From assembly GCA_004764695.1 (NCBI GenBank), contig SMSO01000025.1, positions 1,860,001 to 1,924,000 on the forward strand: 64,000 nucleotides of DNA, written 5' to 3'. A program made the position numbers and the translations under genes. Under the pieces are notes generated by a model, which ran no database searches, was not told the DNA's origin, and saw nothing but the letters and a program-made list of their open reading frames with translations. This stretch comes from Schizochytrium sp. TIO01. Lineage: Eukaryota > Protista > Bigyra: Labyrinthulomycetes. Of the stretch, positions 24,209 through 37,856 are shown piece by piece (the stretch's first letter is position 1; each line of letters starts with the position of its first letter).

Positions 24209-27200
24209 TTTTAAATTAACATCAACCAAACGAATAAAACAAAAAATTATTACGCAGCTTTAGAACTTGAAGTCTTAAACTTTACCTATAAAGCTTATAC
24301 CTGCCTGCAAGGAGTTGTTGCAGGGCCGCCTCCTGCTACGGATTTCAATTGCTGTTTTCTTCTTTTTCTTGATAGCCACTTTCATAATGCTTGCTTTACT
24401 CTACGTGTCCCTTCATAGCTTTATTGTCTTTTACAAAAATTCCCAAGTTATAAAAGAGATCGACCTAAGAAGAGGAAGTTGGCAGAGAAGCAAAGAAAGC
24501 AAAGTAAGCTCAACAGAAATGATTTCAATTGGAAAAGTTTTAACAGAGAAAGTGAGGAAGAAAGGAGAAGTGAACTTGATGGGAGCGATGCAAGGCCTGT
24601 TTCGGCGTCTCTCGACTGCGCACGCTTTCGACTTGGAAGGCACCAGGTGGTTCTGGGGGCACTGAACTTACATAGCGCACTTTCGCTGCGCAGGATTCAT
24701 GTCCATTCCTCGAGTTTCGACGGCTATTTTATATATTGTTTTGTTATCAGATCAGATGGATTTCTCTAAGATTGCGCATCTTGAATCGATCGATCAATCA
24801 ATCGATCAATCGATCAATCGTTCAAGCTTCCTTGTGGACTTTCTTTGTGTAGGTAGATCGTCTGTTCGTGAAGATCGTAAAGATCATGAAGATTAACTTA
24901 AGTTTAGTTAGATCAGCCTTATCACATGATTGATTGCACATTGCTATCATCGTGATGAAACAGCCAATTAGACGTAGTATGCACGAATAAGGAGTTGCTT
25001 GGTACATTCTGCTTCGATTTGATTCTTGTGCGGAAGGAATGCAGCGAAGACGACCAACACTTGTGGCCACCATTTGTATCGCAGCGAAGAGCAGTGGCGG
25101 CGAAATAAATAACTAATCAACCAGTTTACAGCCAAAGTCCAATGTTTTGACTCCTACTCGCTGCGGCTTTGGAGACGACGAGATCACTTCATTCCATAGC
25201 TTAGCAAGTGTAAATGAGTGCCTCCGTTCGCAAGGTTTTCTTCCTCGGCGCCTTCTTCGCCCAGGGTAGAGCAGTCCCTGCGTACCAGGCACGTATGGAT
25301 TGTAGCATTCCTCGTTCGCTCTAGACAGCGACCACTCTTTAGAACAGGGTTCGATCGAGAGGGGGATTGATTTGCATTCAGGCGCACTCTATCGCTTTAG
25401 GTACACCTGCCAATAACTTCGTCTTAGTTAATCACAGATCGCAGCCAGAGCAGGCCCCTGTATAAAGCTGAAGCATGGTCGTGCCATGGTGTTGCTCTCG
25501 GAGCAATCAATTTATCAATTACTGAGGATGCCGATGATGGTAGCGATGAGCTGTATGAAGAAGAAGAAGAAGAAGAAGTGTTCGATTGTTGCCGTAGTAC
25601 TGTGTTGGAGATCGAGGAAACAAACAATCAAACAAACAAACACTCATTCCCTCATTCCATTATTTCGTGGAAAGAACACCAATATGCTGCTCAAGGTCCT
25701 TCGTCAGTCAAAAGCACACACACTCTCTCACACTTCGAAGGACACTTTGTTTTCTTCGCCATCCTTATTGAAGTGTCAGACAAAATAGCACTATGTACTT
25801 CGCCACAGTTTCACTCGGCAGGTTCTTTGATACCTTTTAGGATTGTATAGAATGATAGCTAAAGGCCTCTGCTCACACACGCAGTGCTGCTCAGGCAAGT
25901 GTTTTTACGTGTAACGGCCTCGCAGGTCTCGTCACTCTCAAGGATCAAGCCTGCTTCGGTTCATTGGATTGCTACACTTTAATTCTACTTACTGTATTCA
26001 TTAGTTCATTAACCTTTGTCAAGGTCGATGCGTACTCTTATGGCCCAAGAAAGCGCCAACTTTCTAGTCTAAAGAGGAGGTACTCAGAGCTGCGCTTATT
26101 TATTTATGATGGCAGTGTATATATATATGGTCGTAGAGACTCACTTCCTTATCTGAAGTGCATTATGGCAGAGAAGCGCTCTTCTCATCCCCATTGAGAA
26201 GGCAAGTGATATATATATTGAAGTAAAAGAAAAACAATATGCATTTTATATAATATATATTTTTAATAGAAGTGTTTTTAAATTAAAAGAAGGCATGTTG
26301 TTTGAAACAAATTGACATTTTCAAAACTTTTTTTATTTTTATTTTTAAAAAGACAAAGAAATAAGAAGGAGAAAGATGGAAAGTACAGACTAATTTCCAG
26401 CACTAGAAATGAATCAGTCAGGAATTGGGAAAGTGAAAGTATTTCTGTGTGTGTTTGCGTCTTGAACTTTGAACCTCGATCGCGCTGAGACGTGGTCACA
26501 GCGATGGCCTCATGAGAACTTAAGCGTCTATCTGCGCAGCGACCAAAATGTACAAACAAGGCAGTCTTCACGCCTCATCAGATCTCTTTTCTCTATGCAG
26601 AGCTTATTTACATCACCAACGAATTGTATTCATTCATCAACTTGGGTCTCTTTCTCAATAGCGGATGTATAAATGAATAAATGAATGAATGAATGGAGTT
26701 GATCTGATAACCAATCTGAATAACCAGTCTAAAACTTTTTGGATACAAGGCCGCTGCGTTTGCCGGGAACCGACTGACCTGCCGCCTATAGGTTAAAGGC
26801 ATTTCGGGAGCGCGCCGTTTCTAGCTTTTGGACCCCTCAAACTTATTTTTTGCTTTGATAAAGTGTTTCATGGTAGGAGGAGGTTCTCCACCAAAATAAC
26901 TCGCTGAGATTGAAGTGTGTACCGGATGTTTATCATTCATATTCAGCAATCAGCTTTCAGGGTCTTTTATTATAAATTAATGCAATACAATAAAAAAACA
27001 TATTTAAAATCAAGCTAGACATATTTACTAATCAATATTACAAACAGAAACTATTTAGTTTCTTGAACAGAAATGAAAAGGAAAAAACAAAAGAAAAGAG
27101 GGGAGTAAGGAATGACCTGCGCTATGGAAAAGGGTGGAGCTGCGCAAACTTTGAACCTCGTTGCAATGAATCACTGCATACTAGTTGGATATCTAACTAG

Positions 27201-29777
27201 CGATAGTCACCACGTGCTCGTTCCGGTCTGATCTGCTGGAACTGGGCAATGAATGAGCCGGACGAAAACGAATAATGACTACCAGCTTGCTCCTTTGAGA
27301 CTCAGAGGGCTAATTTGGTGAAGAGTGATGTACGTATTTATATTCATTATTACTATTTCATTGAATTGCAACCCTCAAGCTAAGGAAAAGCAGACAGTCA
27401 GTACTTTGGAGTCACTTCCCAGAAGCTCACATTCGAGGTGTCTTATTGTGTCAGCCAACCGCACAAGAAAAAGAAACAAATTTATCTACATATGGCAATT
27501 CTTCATCTGATTCGATTGCTTACATTTCACCAGAGTCATCACACTTATTACTTGGAGACGAAGAAGGCCTGGGTAGATATGCTCTTTCTTACGTGCGTAG
27601 TGAGCCATTGATTCTCCATCGTACCATGATTACAACCTCACAGACTTCAAGTTCTCCGAAATATGCTTCTTGTGGATGCATACCTAAATATATGGATGAA
27701 TGGCACGTAACGCCATTCTAGATCACCAGTCAATCAGGGTTCAGAACGCAAGAAGTCAGCGAATAGTATCCTCAACTGCAAAATATGAACACTGAGGACG
27801 ATCCCACACAAGTTCTGCTTTCCTATGTTCAGTCCTGACAGTTGCCCGTGAGCCAATCTCACCTCACTGCTCGAACGATTCGCTTGATCTCTCACCAATT
27901 AATCAGCATTTCGATTCACTTGTTGCTACCCTCAACATTGTCAATCACATTGATGCAATTTACAACTGGTGAACAATTGAATAAATGAGTGCGCACATGA
28001 AGCCTCCTGATCAATTGCAGAACACGTGTTATGCTCAACTTCGCACTTAAGGACGCCTATGGCTGCGTTCACCCTCGTGAGAAGCTGAAGAAGTGTCTTC
28101 TTCTCCTACCACTCGCTCGTGTTCTACCCATGAATGAATGAATTCATGAATAAATGAGTGAATGAATGGGTGGGTTCTCACACTGAGTTTCCGCTGAGCA
28201 TGGCATAGATTCAGGATGCATACGACACGAGCTTTATTCGTTCCCAATTCTGCAGAGCCGTGTCCACTCGTCATGGGTTTCTCATCTCAGCCCTGCTTGG
28301 CTCCAATTCCAGTTCGGATGGAAAGTGTCATAAAACGAGCTGCCGAGAGGCGAGGCAATGAGTGAGTAAATGATTGATTCCTCGACATCCTGCAGCACCG
28401 GGTTCTCTGCTGCTGATGCAACGCATTGCACAAAAACATGCCGCTTTTCCTCTTCGTCTCCATAAACACCAACCATCCACCAGCGACCAGGTCAGCCATG
28501 GCCGTGCCAGTGACGCCAATGGCCGACGTCCAGTGGCTTTGATTCATTCCATCATTCCTTTCGCTTCCTTTCCTCCGCTCTTACTTTCTCTAGTGGTCTT
28601 TTCGAGGTCATCCAAGCGAAGCGAATGGTGGAGACATACATAGATAGTACAAAGTTAGTTAATGAAACAGAACACATGTGTGTTTACATGTATGTGCATG
28701 CGCTGCGATCAATGATCAATGATGCGTGGAAGGACTACAAATGGCAAGTTCCCGGTTCTTTCTTTCTTTCCTCATGGCACGATTGGAGGCACACACACAC
28801 TGTGGTTGGTTCATTGATAATCCATTGATTCTTCGATTGAGTGAGTAGTTTATTCTTCGAATGAGTGAGTAGTTTGACTGCCTGAATGAACAATTGATTG
28901 GATTAGTTTGCTTTTTGTTTGTTTAGCTAGTAGGAATCAACCCAAATCGACCAATCGTTGAGGCCGTTCTGGTCTGGCTGAATTTTTATTTATTTATTAA
29001 TCATTGATTGGCAGTATTGTTTTATTTTTTATAATCCACCTTGATTAAATAAACCACTCCGGGGATCAATTATCTCTTGAAAAAAATACTGTTAGTACCT
29101 CAACAACTCAACCATTACAATTATACTTTAAAAAAAAAAAAACTAATTTAAAAAAAAAAAAACTAAAACACTTTAAAACAAAATTTAATTTTAAAAAAGT
29201 TAAAAATGTATTCTGAAATTGAGGTTCCAATCATGATGGCTAAAGTTTAAAATACAGAACTGAAAGAAGGAGGTAAACCCCACCTAGTGCCTAGTACCCA
29301 ATATGAGTAAGAAAGAAAGAAAGAAAGAAAAGAAAAGAAGAAAGAAAGAAAAGTATTCCTTGTAGTTCGTGGGTACTTCCTCTCTTCGAACCCTCCTGCC
29401 ACGAGGCCTTCTGTGATATAGGCTCTATATGGCAGCCTTCCTTTTGCCTTAATACAAACCCGTATGCGGGTGTACCCCTACCTACTACCCCGATACAAAG
29501 CATGCGTGAGAGCGCTTCTCTTGTCCCTGTAAGTTGCCAACCGTCACTTCACTTCTTCTTTTGTGCATCGAGGGATCAACCAATCGATCGATCATCAAAT
29601 CAGCGCAGATCGAGAGCTGTTGCGAAAGGGGGCCACGGACCGTCATCTTCAAGTTTGGAATGGACCATTCGACTCACAGCTTTATGTTTACCCAATTGAT
29701 CTCCATCCATCCAGCCATCCATCGATCCATTCATACATTGATTAGCTTTAGCAGAAACTAAAGAGCCCAAACGATCT

Positions 29778-29784
29778 AATCAAC

Positions 29785-29844
<60 letters not shown>
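29778..29844. repeat. (AATC)n microsatellite
   Basis: Read directly from the sequence. Confidence 0.93.
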
Positions 29845-32354
29845 GAAAGCGCATGAAACGCAGAGTCGAAGAACGTGCTTTCTGGAATCGAAGCGGAGAA
29901 GAAGAAGAAGAAGAAGAAGATAATGAGAGCCGAGTTCCAAGCTTTTGCAGAGTCTCCGTCTGTTGGCTTCTTATCTGCTGACCTTTAGTATGGGTGGGTT
30001 ATAGCCATGCGAACGTTAGGTTAAAAGTGCGGTACATTCTGGTAACCATCATACAACTTCTGTCTGTCAATCATGTTTCATTTTATTTTAATTCATTTGA
30101 TTAATTGTAATAGAAGCATTAGCAGCAGCAGCTTCGGAGTATCAGTTCGAAAGAGCTTAAGCATTTGATCAAATGCGTTGTCAACGGCAAACTGTCTAAC
30201 AAAGGAAGGCGAGAAGAGCTGCTGAGCCAAGAATGAGTGATCGTCCCGCGTTTTAGAGCATTCTGGGGAGGAGATGAAACGTGTTTACATGACAGGACGC
30301 GAAACTTGACGAAGTCTAACGTTCTGCGGAGATTCTGCAGTTGTTCTGACTCATTCCATTTTCCATATACAACTTTTCAATATTACATAAAAATGATGCT
30401 TTTTTGAATAGTAAAATTGAATAAAATTACTTTAGTTTCATTTTATTTTTTAATTTTTTTTTAATTAAATAATTAAACTGGAAAAAAAGGAAGAAGAAAA
30501 AAAGAGAACCTTGAGCTGAGTTGTGGTGGTATATTTTATAATTGAAATCCTTTAGGGTCTCTATTTACTCTACCATTATAATTTATATTTTCAATACAAA
30601 AAAGAAAAAGGAAGAAGAAAAGAAGCGGAGGAAGACTACTTCGAAAGTACTGAATGAGCTCTGACTCAGTCCACAGGTTCCTCTTCAGGCTCTTCTTCTT
30701 GGCAACCGGTCCTCGTCAAGAGTCTGTCTAGCTCCATGTATTTTGGATTCATAGACAGGCGTATGTTTTCTTCTTCATGTGCGTGGCTGATGACGTCCAG
30801 GCTTAGCGAGTTCAGGCCTCCTTCGGAGTTTATTTGCGAAAGCCTGCACTTGCAATTGCCACGTGGTCCCTCTCTACCCAGTCGTTCCAGTTCGTCGCAA
30901 TTGCAATTATTGCGCAATGAATCGGTCCATTGATTGAGTGACCCACCTAGACATGTATATACATGTATATTACACCCGACTACAATCATGACCACTTGCC
31001 ACAGATATGAGAACCTGAGATTCGATTTCGATTAGGGTGATTGATTGCAGCTTCTGTGGTAGAGATCCCTCGTGGGAGCGCAGAGCAAAGCTCAGGACTT
31101 AATATACATACATACCCTCTGGGTTGGTTGAGCCAAGCTGCGCTGATGAGATTCGAGTAATCAATGAGACGCGAACTAAATTGCGAGACGTAAGAATTGA
31201 GTTACAACTGCAGATGATAGATAAGGAATCAAATACCCAGAGCTTGCTTGAAGTCGCGGAGATGAGGATCGTTTCTGTGGTCTTCTTGATCGCGCTATTT
31301 TCCTAATCCTGCGGCCTCAAACATCTTGAAGTTCGAAGGATCTTTATTTTAGTAGGTGCAGTTTGCAAATGCAATCGAAGGCGGTTTTCTTGGGGGAAGT
31401 GGATGTCAACATTCAAACCAAACAGCACCAGCGTATTGTCGTACCAGTCTATAGGCTGGTAGCCCTACAGGCTTCGTTCGCAATGCACGTCATAATGCAG
31501 CTCATCCTTATTCACCGACTGAAGATGATCCGTCTGAAACTGTCTGTTCTCTTACCTCCCCCGCTCTGAGGTCTTGGAATGATTGTCAGCGCCAGCAGCA
31601 CCCCGGCAAGACCAGCAACGTGAATCCCTGCCAGCGATGGAACAAGACACCATACTCGTCAACGCCATCGCTCTGAAGCTGCAGACTCAGAGCATCGTGT
31701 GAGTTGATTTCAGGTGCTAACAGGCATTACGGTTGTCGTCATCACGAAGCGAGACTGTGAGGCCGCCCTCCTTCGCGACCAGCAGCAGGACGACCCAGAT
31801 GAATTCGCTGACTTTGATGAAGAGCATCTCCAATTGAATTGAGTGAAATTGTTGTTCAAAGGAACGAATGCCCAGCAAACTTTGCCTAACAATTATGCTC
31901 AGGCCAAGACTTGCCTGGAAGTCTTCGACGTCGTCGTCCTCCATTCGTTCTTGATTCACTCACGCCTGCTCCTCTAGCTAGCTTGGCTGAGCATTTGAAC
32001 TGAAGAAGGGCCTGCCTCAAATGTCCAGCGAGCTTTGCGATCTACAAGCGCATTTGGCGCTGACTCCGCCAGCCAGTCAGTCAGGCAGGTGGCGAACTTA
32101 CCGATCGCCGGGATCACCATCGTCACGCCCTTCGTGACACTTGACTCCGCCAGCAAAGGAGCCCACTGAGCTTTACTTTCAGTCCAGCCAGCGCAAGAAC
32201 AGGTCGAGCACAGTGCAGAGCACCGATTTAGTTGTTGGAGATTTGGACGAGATCGCTTTGTCTTGAATCAATGACGACGTCTGATGCAGAGTTTGCTCGT
32301 TTCTTCTATAGGACAGACAGTCTATGTCCTTTGCAAAGAGAGGGACGAAGGAGG

Positions 32355-32367
32355 CGCCGCTTTATAG
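32355..32367 (-). promoter_or_regulatory. TATA-box-like element CTATAAAGCGGCG
   Basis: Canonical TATAAAG with a GC-rich flank. The identical 13-mer occurs at 51979-51991. No verified gene lies downstream. Confidence 0.35.
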
Positions 32368-33469
32368 ACGGGTGCTCTGGCAGACAGAACGGATAGTTAG
32401 ACAGATGTAAGAATTTACAACTTATTCATACTTGTCACACGGCCGTCCTGACATTGTGCCCACGTCATCGAGAATGACGAAAACTACGCCATCCAAATAG
32501 ATCATCGTTGCGTTGTAGTGTTCGCTCCGCAGATCGCGATCCGAGTCCGTGCATGCGCATTTGAGAGCACGCGATCAATATGCCGAGTTCTATTTTTAAT
32601 GAAATCACTGAGAAATCCGCCATCGCACAATTCTCAATCAGCCCTGCTTTCCTCAGAGTTAATATGTATATAGATAGACAGATCCCTGCTCTTAAAGGCT
32701 CGCTGCCCTGACCTTGGAGCGAGAATCTGTCTCGAATTGCATCGCTGTCCGTCTTCTGCGAACTTGGTATTCGAAACTGGTCCCTTGCAGATTCGCTCGC
32801 GACTTATCATTCGAATGACGGGATCATCATCATCTTAGAAAATCTCAGATATCTTGGGTCGTCGATTCTTCAAGATCCTGTTGCTAATTCGCCCTTTCTT
32901 CAACTTGGTCGACCAAGTTCATAGGATCTTGGGTCAGGAGATTGAAGACGGATGTATGTATGGATGGATGTAAGAACCTATGTAAGTAAGTCTCCGTGGA
33001 AGACCAATACGTCGAAGGAAGGCATATTCTCTGGTGCTTCTCTTCGCTTGCCTACTTGTTTCTTTCAGTGGGTATAGTATCTAAAGTGAATTGAACTTGA
33101 AGATGGTTTTCAGCTTTCAGGATTCAGTCTTCAGGTTTCAGGGGAATATCAGAAAGAAGAACGAACTCCCTTATTCTATCCGTGCTGAACGATGCCCAGA
33201 CAGCGAGGGAATACCAAAAAGCCTCATCGTTTATCATTAAATTGCTCTTCCTTTATCATTTCACATTGTCAAAAGAAAGCCTGAAATGCTGGCTGTATAA
33301 TGAATGAACTGCTTCTCTTGACTTCTTCATTCGAACATACGTCACCGATACTGCCACAAACGGAGATGGAGGGAGGGAGTTTCCACGCTCGTGAATAGGC
33401 CGAAGCTCGCGCGTTGCTCTCTTCCGACCACTGCGTCAGCTACAGCGCTTCTCTCTTTTTTGCTCCGTT

Positions 33470-33529
33470 CTTTCATTCATTCAGTCATTCATTCATTCGT
33501 TCATTCAGTCAATCAATCAATAATCAATT

Positions 33530-33592
<63 letters not shown>
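33470..33592. repeat. Compound (TTCA)n/(TCAA)n microsatellite
   Basis: Read directly from the sequence. Confidence 0.93.
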
Positions 33593-36341
33593 TCTCTCTC
33601 CTTCGAAGAAACAAGGCCTCGAAGAGAGCACAAGGAAGGAAATAGGGGAATAAGGAAGGCACGCAAAGATCGATCACGCTGGCTCCAGCGACGATCATTG
33701 ACGGAGAACAGAGCGCTCTTCTCTTCTCTTCTCCTCTTCTTCTTTTTCAAAAGGCCTCTGCTCTGTCTCTTTACGTTACCTTACTTTACTTTACTCTGAT
33801 AAGGTCCTCAATCAATCGCGAGACCCCGTTTGAGGCAGACTTTACAACATTGCACTCCAACGCAAGAAGATATTGGGGATTGCAAGACACTTATTTCATG
33901 GGAGAGGTTCATGGTCCTCTGTAGCACAGAATGGCAAAATGATGATGGTGAATACTAAGAAGGATAAGAAAGGTCAAACCGTGAAAGTCTGTTTTGTAAT
34001 AGAACTGACTAACTGACTGCTCATTAATCGGTTTGAGTGGTTGGTTGAAAAAGTCAATTAATTATAATTATAATTACAATTTTAAATTAAAATTAAAATA
34101 TGTTAATTAAATTAATAAATTCAATTTATTGTTTATCTATCTGTAAGAGAAAAGAGAGAGTGTCACTGACCGATAGACTGGCGCTGAGTAGGCTGTTCTG
34201 TTCTCGCTTGTTCATTGGTTTCTTTCCTTCTTTCTCGCTCTTCTGCCAGTCTGACTCACTGACCCAATGACTCAATGACTCACTGACAGGTTGACCGATC
34301 GATATGCTGATGGATGGGTAGACCGAAGAAACAAATGCCTTGCGAGACCAGCTTTGAGGACCTCAGCGAAGGCCACTGAAGATCGACTGACTCTTCTCCG
34401 GAAAAGTAAATCAAAACCCTATTTTCTTACGACTCTCTCGAAAAACAAACAAGAAACAACAGATTTGGTTAACTGCTTATTTAATTAAACACACGATTAA
34501 AAGTGATCTACTTTTATTCTTTCACTGACGTGTTTGATTATAAAGCAGGTACCTGAAGAAAGGAGGGCAGAGATCTCTTCTGAACACATTCGACTTGGAA
34601 GAAAGTCACTTTTAAGACAAACAAACAAACAAAAGTAGAAAGTAGAAAGGAAAGTGAATTCAACACAACAGTCGTTCGATGGTATGTGCTAGATTGATTG
34701 ATTGACTCCTTCATTGATTGGATTCTCCGTTGGTTTACGCCCTTCTTTGGCTCAGGGTCTGATTCGAGGGAGCAAGATCTCTTGATAACAGGCTCACTGG
34801 CTAATGGATTGAATAATGGATGCCAAACAAACACCTCTCCTTCGTTCGTTTACCAGCTCCGAGCCTGCCGAAAGTGAGCCTCGCTGAATGTGCATTCCTC
34901 CCTTCAATTCACTGGTGTTTGCACGTTCATTCCTTTATCCCTTCATTCCTTAATTAACTGCGCTTGAAAGAAAGAAAGAAAGAAAGAAAGAAATAAAAGG
35001 TTAATAAGAAACAATCTTGCAAAAGACAACTAAAATTTACATAAATCTACAAGTCTCTGTCTGAAAAGAAAGAATAAATAAAGTGTTCATCCTTCTTCTT
35101 CTACGTGTACCCTTAGATGGGGAGGAGTAGGAAGGATAAATGAAATCGAGTTTTCGAGCTGAGTTCTATCGTGGGAAGTGCAGATTGGCATGAATGAATT
35201 TGATGCCCATGAAAAGAAAAGAAAAGGAAATAAAATAAAATAAATTAAATTAAATAAAAGATGAAGCATTCAGTCTCACAGTGGCACCTATCTATCTAGG
35301 TACCTAGTGCTTAAGCAAGCAGTGTTAAATCATCTCTGCTATCATCACAAAGGTTAGAAAGTGTAGATTCTTTGCTTTCTTTCTTTCTTATGAATATGAC
35401 ACTCTTTCCTTTCATTCGTTCATTCATTCCTTCATTCATTGATTCATTTCATTCCTTCCTTCCTTCATTCCTTCATTCATAAGCGACAAGACTTCTTCGA
35501 AGCAGAAAGAAGGCACAAAGAAACTGATCCCTCGAGCCTTTAGCTTATATCGATCGGCCTCTCTTCGTGGGTTGGTTTGTCCATCGCAGTTTGTTCGCTT
35601 TGTTGCTTGGATTCTTTCGAGATGAGTGGGAGGTGGACGAAGGAGGCGATGGAAGTGGGGAAGAAGGGACATTTCCAAAGAACTCTAGCTAGAGATAGAA
35701 AGGAAGAAAGAAAAGTTTCAGAAGAAAGCTTTAAGTTTGGTCGATGTTTTTTACTGTCTGTTAGCAAAATGCTGCTGTTATTGCTATTGCTGGACCTTTG
35801 TAGCTTTCGTGAGTACTTAAAAAAAAATAAAAAAATAAGTTAACTTAAGAAAATAAGTTCGTCGTCGGTTGTAGTCTGTTTGTGTCTGTCTCTCACTTTT
35901 GATGCCACGTGGTGTGAGTAGAAAGCAGCATTGAAATTCTTGAAACTTTCTCTGATGCTATCTACCGAAAGAATACTTTTGGGATAAAAACTTGAAGTGT
36001 CGAAGAGGAGAGAAAACTTTCTTTCTGAAAACGTCTTGGAGGAAATAAAGAAACAAAGAAGAAACAAACACCAAATAGACAACTGATCGACGATTGAACT
36101 TCAACAAGAGTCAAGTCAAGTAGCGATCAAACTTCGAACTGCGCCCACGGATAGAAAGCGCAAGCACTACCAGCAAACCAGCAAGCAGTACAAGGAGGGC
36201 ATTGGCTTGCCCTGTTGACAAGGAGGGCACATACTTATACGGCATAACTACGAAAGGTGGGCAGACCACTCAACAACAACTTTGTACCAACACTCTACGC
36301 TAGTCTTTCTCTGCCAGGCGTGAGAAGCCCTCGCCCTCGAC

Positions 36342-36899
36342 ATGGACACAGAAATGCGCCCGCTGCCGCTCAAGAAGCGTCGCCTCGCAGAGCTCCGCAG
36401 GGAGGTCGCTCTTGCCAAACGCCGTGACGCTTGGGCCCGCAATCCGGTGCCGGAGCCCAACCCCGCAGAGCTTGCCGAGGAGGAGGACCTCCGTGAGCGC
36501 GCCGTCAACTTGGAGGCAGCTCTTCGCGTGTCGAGCCAGCACTTCGCCAAGGCCTGTGAGAACCTCGCCTACTGCAGCGTTTGCGAGCTCGAATTTGACT
36601 CCCAGGATGCACGTGTACAGAGCCTGACCAGCATCGCTAAACGCGTGGATGACATCAAACGGAGACGTCGTGCTCACTCACCAATTCCTGTCAATGTCAG
36701 CCAACGCGAGCACAACCTCAGACTCCGCCAGGGCGTCAGCGTTTACATGCGTCAGCTTAAAGCTGCTGTTCTCACACGGAAGCGTTGCCCAGCCTGCCGC
36801 AGGGACTTCACTGGCGATGAACTTGCCACTGTTCTCAAAATGATGGACCGCAAGTCTAATCCGCTTTACCTTTCACTCACTTCCTCTCTCATGCAGTAA
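36342..36899 (+). CDS. Small coiled-coil protein with Rad50 zinc-hook-like motif (CPAC) and N-terminal NLS-like PLKKRR
   Basis: 185-aa ORF with GC3-rich codon usage like the neighbouring genes, in AT-richer flanks. There is an in-frame TGA at 36321 before the ATG. The C-terminal GVSVYMRQLKAAVLTRKRCPACRRDFTGDELATVLKMM parallels the eukaryotic Rad50 hook region (VY..F......CPxCxRxF...EL..V). Confidence 0.75.
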   Translation: MDTEMRPLPLKKRRLAELRREVALAKRRDAWARNPVPEPNPAELAEEEDLRERAVNLEAALRVSSQHFAKACENLAYCSVCELEFDSQDARVQSLTSIAKRVDDIKRRRRAHSPIPVNVSQREHNLRLRQGVSVYMRQLKAAVLTRKRCPACRRDFTGDELATVLKMMDRKSNPLYLSLTSSLMQ

Positions 36900-37856
36900 T
36901 GCAAACCCAAGCCGGAAGTTGAGGCAATTGCCAAAGCGTCGATACGACAATTATTTCTTGGCGACTTGTGAAACACGACTCCACAATCGTTCATTTGCAA
37001 TTTATGTACTAGAGTACCTGGTTACTGATGGATGGCACACGGACGAAGTACACTACTATCAACAAAACTATTATCGTCAACAACAAGGAAAACCAAAATT
37101 GGATAACAACAAACAAACAAACAAACAATCAAACAAACGAACAATACGTCACGTCACGTCATTATATTTTAACATAGCAAAACCACCAAAAAAGGAGGAG
37201 AGACAAAACGGGTAATCGAAACAATTGCCCCACAAAACGCAGATGTGTTTGGAGACGATTGGAGGTCTAAGTAGTGAATATATGATATTCATACAAGACT
37301 TTTGAAGTTGATTCAAAATCAAAATACAGTCAATCTACTCACCACGGCAATCAATGCCCACTTAATATACCACTCACACAAAACCTTTTGTTGTTGGAAT
37401 TTACTTATCCTCGCCTATTTTGATGAAAAATACAAAGAACCCGAAACTGCATGCATTTTATTCAACCTAATTTGATGTCACCTACCAAATATTCTATCTC
37501 TTTACTTCAGAATTCTTCTCTTAAACTAATTCAGAGTCCACGTTGACACTTGTACTCTCCACTTGTTGGGCTTCCGCAGCTTGTCACATACGTTACATCT
37601 CAATTTGGGAAAAGAGATCGGAGGTCATTTCACACAACAAGTGAAAATGACACTTGAGTTTATCTTCTTTGGCAAAAGCAAAAAAGAAAGGCTTCTTCGG
37701 AAGGTAAAAGTAGGCATTAATAAATGTTAGGGATGGTTGTTTGTTTTGTAGGGTTTCTTACACACGTGAGCCAAATGAAGACGGTAGGCTTTGCTCTATC
37801 CTGGGTTGCTTACTCTTTATAATTCTTCAAACCTGCACGGTGGCTTCACAATCTTT

